From: Candidatus Aminicenantes bacterium
Lineage (GTDB): Bacteria; Acidobacteriota; Aminicenantia; Aminicenantales; Aminicenantaceae
DNA length: 64,000 bases
Assembly: GCA_016783445.1 (NCBI GenBank)
Contig: JADHWO010000004.1
Location: 11,212-75,211 of the forward strand
Direction: 5' to 3'
The notes under the pieces: generated by a model
Told to the model about the DNA's origin: nothing
Seen by the model: the letters and a program-made list of their open reading frames with translations, nothing else
The model's database searches: none
Program-made: the position numbers and the translations under genes
Shown here: positions 57,196 to 64,000 of the stretch, piece after piece
Layout of the letters: the number at the start of each line of letters is the position of its first letter
Numbering within the stretch: position 1 is the stretch's first letter

Positions 57196-57284
57196 ACAAA
57201 ATATGGGGCCTGCTCCCTTTTTCTGTCCCCTTTTTCTTTCATGAAAAAAGCGATACAAAATATGGGGCCTGCCCCCTTTTTTCT
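57196..57284 (+). repeat. Tandem pair of GGGGCCTG(C/T)CCC palindromes
   Basis: ACAAAATATGGGGCCTGCYCCCTTTTT occurs at 57196 and 57255. Confidence 0.7.
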
Positions 57285-57389
57285 ATTTTTTTTTCAAAAG
57301 GGCTTGATAAGAATTGCGAATCTTGTAATACTTTTCCTGGATGAAGCACGATAAACAATTCTAATCACAACCGGTAAAACTATAAACTA

Positions 57390-58382
57390 ATGAACAGTAA
57401 AGTCCAAACAAAGAGTTTAGACATAAAAAAAGAGGCTTTAGAAGCGGAAAATAGAATAAGGAAACATATCAGAGAAACTCCTGTTGAATACTCCCCCTAT
57501 CTCAGTAAAGCAGGAAACTGCAAGGTAAATCTCAAGCTTGAAAACATACAGTTCTCCGGTTCTTTCAAGTTTCGAGGCGCCATGAACAAACTCCTCTCCT
57601 TATCAAAAAAGGAGAAGGAGAAAGATGCCATCACAGCTTCATCCGGAAACCACGGCGCAGCGTTTGCTTATGCTTGTAATAAACTAGGATTAAAGGGGAC
57701 GATTTATTTACCTGAAATTGCTACTCAGACAAAAATTGAAGCTCTTCGCTCTTACGACGCAGACTTAAAACTCTACGGGCAAGACTGTATCCAGACAGAA
57801 GTTTATGCCAGAAAAACAGCAAAAAATAACAATCTTGTATACATCCCTCCTTACAATGACATAAAGATAATCGGTGGTCAGGCCACAATCGGTATCGAAT
57901 TACAAAGGCAAATAAAAAAAATAGATGCCGTGTTCGTGGGAGTTGGTGGAGGAGGGCTAATCTCTGGAATCGCCGGATATTTAAAATCCATAAACACAAA
58001 TATCAAAATAATCGGCTGCCAGCCAAAAAACTCCGCGGTTATGTATGAATCCATCAAAGCCGGGAAAATTGTAGAAATGGAGTCAAAACCCACAATCTCT
58101 GACGGTTCTGCTGGTGGAATCGAACAGGGCTCCATCACTTTAGATATATGCAAAAACCTTGTTGACGAATTTATTTTAGTTACAGAGGAAGAAATCAAAG
58201 AAGCTATTAGACTTCTAGTGGAAAAACACTCCATGCTCATTGAGGGTGCAGGCGCCCTTTCTGTTGCATCTTTTATCAAGGTTAAAAAAAGATTTAAAAA
58301 TAAAAATGTCGTTTTAATCATAAGCGGAGCAAAAATAAGCATGGACCAGCTGAAAGAAGTCTTCTGCCAAGGATATAACTAA
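57390..58382 (+). CDS. PLP-dependent threonine/serine dehydratase family
   Basis: Motifs KLENIQFSGSFKFRGA, SSGNHG, GVGGGGL and SGA. Confidence 0.9.
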   Translation: MNSKVQTKSLDIKKEALEAENRIRKHIRETPVEYSPYLSKAGNCKVNLKLENIQFSGSFKFRGAMNKLLSLSKKEKEKDAITASSGNHGAAFAYACNKLGLKGTIYLPEIATQTKIEALRSYDADLKLYGQDCIQTEVYARKTAKNNNLVYIPPYNDIKIIGGQATIGIELQRQIKKIDAVFVGVGGGGLISGIAGYLKSINTNIKIIGCQPKNSAVMYESIKAGKIVEMESKPTISDGSAGGIEQGSITLDICKNLVDEFILVTEEEIKEAIRLLVEKHSMLIEGAGALSVASFIKVKKRFKNKNVVLIISGAKISMDQLKEVFCQGYN

Positions 58383-58383
58383 A

Positions 58384-59343
58384 ATGACAAAGATATTTAA
58401 CCTGAGCCAGATCAAGGAAGCCTTAAAAAACATCGATCCTATTCAAGCCATTGAAAAGGGATTTATCGCTTACTCTCAAGGAAAAGTGGTTGTGCCCCCG
58501 GTTGGAGAGATGATTTTTAAACACCCTCCCGGAGACGTTCACATAAAATATGGCTATATAATCGGCGATGAATATTATGTTATTAAAATCGCTTCAGGCT
58601 TTTATGAAAATATTAAGTCAAACCTTCTAACTTCCTCTGGATTAATGTTGGTCTTCAAACAGAAAACAGGAGAGGTAGCCTGTATCCTTCTTGATGAGGG
58701 ATATCTCACCAATGTGCGAACAGCAGCAGCGGGAGCAGTTGTTGCCAAATATTTGGCCCCAAAAGTTGTTCACAAAATCGGCATTATAGGTGCGGGTGCT
58801 CAAGGCAGGATGCAGCTTGAAAGCTTAAAATCAATTATCAATTGTAACGATGTTTTTGTGTGGGGAATAAACCGTCAGGAATTAGACGCCTACAAAGAAG
58901 AAATGGAACCGCAAGGGTATAATATACAAACCACACTGGAGGCCGAAAATATTGCCGCAGCCTGCAACCTTATCGTTATGGCAACACCATCAAAGTCTCC
59001 GCTTCTGATGGCTGATAAAATTCGGGAAGGAACACATATTACCGCTATGGGTTCTGACACGCCTGAAAAAAATGAATTAGATCCTGAAATCCTTCAAAAA
59101 GCGGATATTGTTGTTGCTGACAGCATCAGCCAGTGCCTATCCCGTGGAGAAATCTTTCAGGCAATAAAAGCGGTTAAAATCAAAAAAGAAAACCTTGTCG
59201 AGCTAGGAAATGTCATTATTGATAAAAAACTTCAAAGATCCTCTGATGAACAGATAACAATTGCAGATTTAACAGGTGTTGCCGTCCAGGATATTCAGAT
59301 TGCAAAGGCTGTGTATGAAGCTCTGCTTGGCAAGAAGATATAA
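58384..59343 (+). CDS. Ornithine cyclodeaminase/mu-crystallin family protein
   Basis: Motifs HIKYGY, KIASGFYEN, LTNVRTAAAG, AMGSD and DLTGVAVQD. Confidence 0.88.
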   Translation: MTKIFNLSQIKEALKNIDPIQAIEKGFIAYSQGKVVVPPVGEMIFKHPPGDVHIKYGYIIGDEYYVIKIASGFYENIKSNLLTSSGLMLVFKQKTGEVACILLDEGYLTNVRTAAAGAVVAKYLAPKVVHKIGIIGAGAQGRMQLESLKSIINCNDVFVWGINRQELDAYKEEMEPQGYNIQTTLEAENIAAACNLIVMATPSKSPLLMADKIREGTHITAMGSDTPEKNELDPEILQKADIVVADSISQCLSRGEIFQAIKAVKIKKENLVELGNVIIDKKLQRSSDEQITIADLTGVAVQDIQIAKAVYEALLGKKI

Positions 59344-59387
59344 AAAAATAAGATAAGAGCAAAGAACGGCTATAAGGAGAGGTCATT

Positions 59388-60515
59388 ATGAAAATTGAGA
59401 TTTTTGAACTGGAAAGGACTCAATCTCAATGGGAAAACAGAGTAAAATACAACCTCACGGAAAGCGGTATTCATCCCTACTCTCTCAATGAAATTCTCGA
59501 CAAGGAAGAAATAAAAGATCTGATTTCCCTGCGGCTTGGCTACGGTCAAACAAATGGCTCTATAGAGCTGAGAGAAGCAATCAGCCGCCTCTATCCGGGA
59601 ACAGACCTGGATAATGTTCTCGTGACAAACGGCTCTGCAGAAGCAAACTTTATAACCATCTGGACTAATCTTGAGCCAGGCGATGAGCTTATTTTAATGC
59701 TCCCGAATTACATGCAAATCTGGGGAATTGCCCGTTCTTTTGGCGTTACAGTCAAACCTTTTTATCTCAGAGAAGACCTAAACTGGGGACCAGACCTTGA
59801 CGAACTGAAAAGCTTGATATCACCCCGGACAAAAATGATAGCCGTCTGTAATCCCAATAATCCTACAGGTGCTGTTCTCAGCAAGGAAGAAATGAAGGAA
59901 ATTGTTCACATCGCCATGGAAGCCGGTGCTTGGATCTATTCTGATGAAGTATACTGCGGTGCTGAATTAAATGGAGAAGAAACACCTTCTTTTTTTGGCC
60001 TCTATGATAAAGTGATTGTATGCCATGGACTCTCAAAAGCCTATGCTCTTCCTGGTCTCAGGTTGGGCTGGCTAGTCGGGCCAAAAGAAACTATCGAAAA
60101 AAGCTGGGCTTCACACGACTATACATCTATTGCTTCAGGAATTCTCAGCAATCATGTGGCAGCTTTGGTGCTTCAGCCTGATAGGAGAAAAAAAGTTTTA
60201 AATCGTAACAGAAAAATTCTGAAAAAAAATTTAGTAGAACTTGAAAAATGGATCGATAAACACAAAACTCTCTTTAACCTGATCCCTCCCAAAGCAGGAG
60301 GCATAGCTTTTCCGCGATACAGTTTGGAAATCAATTCCACAGAACTCGCCACTAAACTCATGAAAGAAAAAAGTGTCTTTATCGTGGCTGGGGACTTGTT
60401 CGGAATGGACCACTATTTGCGTATTGGGATTGGCTCGGAAAAGAATTATTTTTTAGCTGGTTTAAGCTTGTTTGACGAGACATTACAGGAAATCAGCGGA
60501 AATTCTTCTGTCTAA
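59388..60515 (+). CDS. Class I/II PLP aminotransferase
   Basis: Motifs NPNNPTG, SDEVY and LSKAYALPGLRLGW. Confidence 0.9.
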   Translation: MKIEIFELERTQSQWENRVKYNLTESGIHPYSLNEILDKEEIKDLISLRLGYGQTNGSIELREAISRLYPGTDLDNVLVTNGSAEANFITIWTNLEPGDELILMLPNYMQIWGIARSFGVTVKPFYLREDLNWGPDLDELKSLISPRTKMIAVCNPNNPTGAVLSKEEMKEIVHIAMEAGAWIYSDEVYCGAELNGEETPSFFGLYDKVIVCHGLSKAYALPGLRLGWLVGPKETIEKSWASHDYTSIASGILSNHVAALVLQPDRRKKVLNRNRKILKKNLVELEKWIDKHKTLFNLIPPKAGGIAFPRYSLEINSTELATKLMKEKSVFIVAGDLFGMDHYLRIGIGSEKNYFLAGLSLFDETLQEISGNSSV

Positions 60516-60558
60516 CTCAATGGGCTCATACAAAAATGGGCTGTCAGTATATCCCCAA

Positions 60559-62373
60559 TTAATCCACAGTAAGTGTCTTGCTGATATTGCGGGGCTGGTC
60601 AGGATTTATACCTTTTTCCTGGCTTACATAATAGGCAAGTTGCTGGGCAACAACAACCGCAAGGAGAGGAACGATGAAGTAGTTCTGAGAAGGCAAAGGA
60701 ATGAGCTCATCTGAATTGATAGAAAGAGAATCCAAATAAGGTGCAATCGTGCAGATTTTTCCCCAGCGGCAGCTTACTTCATTAATATGGGAAAGCGTCA
60801 TATAGGAGTCCTCAAGAGTGGAGAGAAATAAGACCCAATCGCCCTTCTTTATAATTGCTAGGGGACCATGTTTGAACTCAGAAGAATACATCCCTTCACA
60901 GGGAATATAAGTAATCTCCTTCATTTTTAAAGCTGCTTCCAAACATGCACTATAGCTTACTCCATAACCAAGATAATAGAGATAGTTTTTCTTTGCTAAA
61001 AAGCGGGCAATCTGCCTGCACTTCTCCACAGTCTGGGATAATGTCTTTTTAATGAGAGAAGGAAGGTTTCCAAACTCATCCTCCAGGGCGGTATTTTTCC
61101 CGTCTTTAATCTCCCCCAATTTCATCGATAAATACAGAAAGACAATCACTTGATTTGTGAATGTTTTTGTAGCGGGCACACTGATTTCAATATTAGAGAG
61201 AAGAGGCAAACAATTTTTAATCCTGAGCTGGAGTGAGGAACCAAGAACATTCACTAAAGCAAAAATTTTCTTCGCTTTTTTCTCTTCTAAAAAATTCAAA
61301 ACACTTACAACATCTTTAGTCTCTCCACTTTGAGAAACAAGGATGTAAGCCCCCTGGGAAAGGTCTCCATGGCCTAAAAACTCTTTAAACGCACCGGCAA
61401 TAACAGGGACTGCTTCGATGCCAGCGATTTTATTCAGATAATATGCACCGAGAACACAGGCATTATAAGACGAGCCAGAACCAACAAGATAAATCTTTCT
61501 CTCTCGCTTCAATCCACTATAGAATTCACCCACCTGACCAGAGTCTTTTAAGAAATTGATCAAGGCTTGGGCTTTTTCTGGCTGTTCATAAATCTCCTTG
61601 AGCATAAAATGAGGAAATTTTCCCTTTTGTGCATCTTCAATATTCAGAGTACATTGATAAGGGCTCCTCTTGATCTCCTCTCCTGAAGAGAGTTTTCTGA
61701 TCTGATATGTATCCCAACTGTATTCAACGTACTCGTCGTCATAAATCGAAACGATGGAATCCGTGAATTGAATAATCGACGGCAGATCAGAAGAGCAGCA
61801 GATAAAATCCCTGCCAATTCCAAGATAAAGAGAGGAATATTTCTTGACACAATACATCTTATGGGACTCTTTCCGGGTTGCTACATAGGCATAATCGCCC
61901 TTAAGAATTGTATCTGCTTCCTGGATAGCTGCGTTCATGTCTTTGCTTTGCTTGAATCCCTCCTCAATGACATGGACAATAACTTCACCGTCATTTTCGC
62001 CCTGGAAAACATGGCTTTTTTCCCCGTATTCCTTAATGAGCTCTTTTGTGTTGACAATATTTCCGTTGTGAGCACCTACCATTTCCTTTAAACAATCATA
62101 GTGGGGCTGTGAATTCTCCTTAGAAGGGGGACCAAAAGTTGCCCACCGAAGCTGCACTATTCCTTTGTACCCTTTAAGTTTTTCAAAATTATATTTTTTA
62201 TTGACATCTTCAATTCCCCCAACATCCTTTTTCAACTCAATAGAATCGCTACTGAAAGCCGCCATTCCAACAGAATCATAGCCCCTGTAGGTGAGCTTTC
62301 TTCCAGCTTGAAGAAGAATCTTTCCTAAATCTTCCTTAAAATCCTTAAAAATAATTCCAAATATTCCGCACAT
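60559..62373 (-). CDS. glmS: Glutamine-fructose-6-phosphate aminotransferase (divergent)
   Basis: Motifs MCGIFG, YRGYDS, RWAT, SQSGET, ATKTF, KHGP and PRNISKTLTV. Confidence 0.85.
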   Translation of the reverse strand: MCGIFGIIFKDFKEDLGKILLQAGRKLTYRGYDSVGMAAFSSDSIELKKDVGGIEDVNKKYNFEKLKGYKGIVQLRWATFGPPSKENSQPHYDCLKEMVGAHNGNIVNTKELIKEYGEKSHVFQGENDGEVIVHVIEEGFKQSKDMNAAIQEADTILKGDYAYVATRKESHKMYCVKKYSSLYLGIGRDFICCSSDLPSIIQFTDSIVSIYDDEYVEYSWDTYQIRKLSSGEEIKRSPYQCTLNIEDAQKGKFPHFMLKEIYEQPEKAQALINFLKDSGQVGEFYSGLKRERKIYLVGSGSSYNACVLGAYYLNKIAGIEAVPVIAGAFKEFLGHGDLSQGAYILVSQSGETKDVVSVLNFLEEKKAKKIFALVNVLGSSLQLRIKNCLPLLSNIEISVPATKTFTNQVIVFLYLSMKLGEIKDGKNTALEDEFGNLPSLIKKTLSQTVEKCRQIARFLAKKNYLYYLGYGVSYSACLEAALKMKEITYIPCEGMYSSEFKHGPLAIIKKGDWVLFLSTLEDSYMTLSHINEVSCRWGKICTIAPYLDSLSINSDELIPLPSQNYFIVPLLAVVVAQQLAYYVSQEKGINPDQPRNISKTLTVD

Positions 62374-62390
62374 TCTTTTAGAAGCTCACT

Positions 62391-63563
62391 TTATGATTTA
62401 TAAAATGCACTGATGGAAGTAACGACGTAATCTTGCTGCTCCGAAGTTAATTCCGGATAGACAGGTATAGCAAGAACTTCATGAGTCGCTTTTTCCGCAA
62501 CAGGAAAATCTCCTTCCTTGTACCCGAGATAAGAAAAGCATTTCTGAAGATGGAGCGGCAAAGGATAATAAACAGCTGTCCCCACGCCCTTTCCTTTCAA
62601 GAATTCCAACAATTTGTCTCTTTCTTTTGCTCTTAAAACATATTGATGGTAAATATGATAATTCTTAACACCACTATCCTTATACAAAGGCTCTGGAATC
62701 TGAATTTTTCCTTCTTCCACCAATCCTGATTCCTGGAATATCTTGTTGTAATACAAAGCTTTTTCTCTCCTCTTCTGATGCCATGTTTCTAAATATTTGA
62801 GCTTGACTCTGAGGATTGAAGCCTGGAGCGCATCAAGCCGGAAATTACCGCCAAGAATATCATAGAAATATTTATTTCTCGATCCGTGTCCTCTCAACAA
62901 CTTCAGTTTCTGCGCCAATTCTTCCTCGTCAGTGAGAACCATACCCCCATCTCCAAACCCTCCTAGATTTTTCGAAGGGAAAAAGGACAAGATCCCAAGG
63001 TTCCCTAATGTACATGCTTTCTTTATGCCTTCAGGAGTTGGATATTCCGCCCCGACAGCCTGAGCTGAATCTTCAACCACGAACAAATCATATTTTTTTG
63101 CACAATCCATAATTGGAGTCATATCAACACACTGCCCATAAAGATGAACAGGTATCACCGCTTTAATTGCTGAAATCCCCTCTTTCCTGAGCTGAGATTC
63201 AAGAACTCCTTCTAGCTTGGCTGGGTCAATGTTAAAGCTTTTCTTTTCAATATCGCAAAAAACAGGCTTTGCTTTAAGTCTGGCTATTGCACCTACAGTT
63301 GCAAAAAATGTAAATGGGGTTGTAACCACAGCATCCCCTTCTCCCACACCAAGAGCCATTAAAGAGATAATCAGAGCATCAGATCCGGAAGAAACTCCTA
63401 CAGCAAATTCTGCCCCACTGTATGCAGCCATTTCTTTTTCAAACTCCTCAACCTCTGGCCCTAAAATAAACCTCTGCGATGAGACAACTTCTAAAATTTT
63501 CTGATCGATTTCTTCCTGTATACTCAGGTATTGAGCTCTTAAATCTAAAAGTGGAATATTCAT
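62391..63563 (-). CDS. DegT/DnrJ/EryC1 sugar aminotransferase
   Basis: Motifs IPLLDL, FTFFAT, PVHLYGQ, EDSAQA and SFFPSKNLGGFGDGG. Confidence 0.92.
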   Translation of the reverse strand: MNIPLLDLRAQYLSIQEEIDQKILEVVSSQRFILGPEVEEFEKEMAAYSGAEFAVGVSSGSDALIISLMALGVGEGDAVVTTPFTFFATVGAIARLKAKPVFCDIEKKSFNIDPAKLEGVLESQLRKEGISAIKAVIPVHLYGQCVDMTPIMDCAKKYDLFVVEDSAQAVGAEYPTPEGIKKACTLGNLGILSFFPSKNLGGFGDGGMVLTDEEELAQKLKLLRGHGSRNKYFYDILGGNFRLDALQASILRVKLKYLETWHQKRREKALYYNKIFQESGLVEEGKIQIPEPLYKDSGVKNYHIYHQYVLRAKERDKLLEFLKGKGVGTAVYYPLPLHLQKCFSYLGYKEGDFPVAEKATHEVLAIPVYPELTSEQQDYVVTSISAFYKS

Positions 63564-63635
63564 ATCTTTCCTTTCACCTTTTAATTTTAAATGAGCACTG
63601 TATTTAAATATAATAAAATTGTCAACACACAACTC

Positions 63636-64000
63636 TTATTTATAAACCTTCTTTAATTTTTCCTTCTCGATTATTAATTGGCCTTGATAAGTTACATAAT
63701 TCAGTAAAATAAGAACTCTTTCCTTTGCAGTGAGTTCTTTCTTAAATATTCCCCTTAATCCCTTCAATGGCCCTTTCACAACTTCAATCTCATCTCCAAC
63801 CTCAGGCTCCTCCCCGTATTTATCAATCTCAATGAGACCGTTTACTTCTCTGGATTTAATCTCAAGGATAATATCTTCCAGAATTGGCGTAGGAAGGATC
63901 TTGCTTCCGACCACTCTTTTTACCCCTCTTGTGTATCTCACAAGCTGGTATTGGGCTGGAAAATCAAAGTAGATGAATTCATAGCCTGGGAAGAAAGGTC
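63636..64000 (-). CDS. NusG/RfaH-family antitermination factor (5'-partial)
   Basis: Frame is open to the window edge with PFFPGY..RYTRGV. KOW motif GDEIEVVKGPLKG. Lies upstream of sugar-biosynthesis genes. Confidence 0.8.
   Translation of the reverse strand, partial: PFFPGYEFIYFDFPAQYQLVRYTRGVKRVVGSKILPTPILEDIILEIKSREVNGLIEIDKYGEEPEVGDEIEVVKGPLKGLRGIFKKELTAKERVLILLNYVTYQGQLIIEKEKLKKVYK

Noticed and set aside
62374-62390. glmS ribozyme
   Set aside because: Only 17 nt separate degT and glmS.

Overview
AT-rich bacterial chromosome window of a diderm, peptide-degrading organism. Gene content and the orphan secreted proteins are reminiscent of Ca. Aminicenantia/Acidobacteriota, which is inference only. 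It contains housekeeping blocks (rimO-pgpA-cinA-thpR-plsY-gpsA-TPR; metK-ahcY; M16 pair-ftcD-NTPase-macro; galK-GH; pepD; nusG/rfaH-degT-glmS). A large peptide/amino-acid catabolism region holds two tricorn proteases, two ornithine cyclodeaminase homologues, an FAD oxidase, an APC-USP permease, RidA, oxoprolinase A/B with an NRAMP-like carrier, a racemase, a dehydratase and an aminotransferase. The most striking feature is a ~13 kb minus-strand locus (20.8-33.6 kb). It encodes a multi-TM sensor kinase and OmpR regulator, followed by a UbiA prenyltransferase, DAGK-family kinase, ThiL-like kinase, two SDRs, a B12 radical SAM, an outer-membrane protein and a CREST-like membrane protein. Its three promoters carry the same four 11-bp-phased TTAACA/TTGACA boxes exactly 20 nt from a TANATT -10, which points to a co-regulated, apparently undescribed lipid/prenyl pathway. 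Three copies of a ~0.4-0.5 kb non-autonomous element are present, with ISL3-like TIRs, 8-bp TSDs in two copies and an internally inverted core. There is also a family of short GGGGAC-type palindromes, a methyltransferase cassette between ~90-bp direct repeats and an unannotated Omp85 gene remnant. No rRNA, tRNA or CRISPR array was seen.
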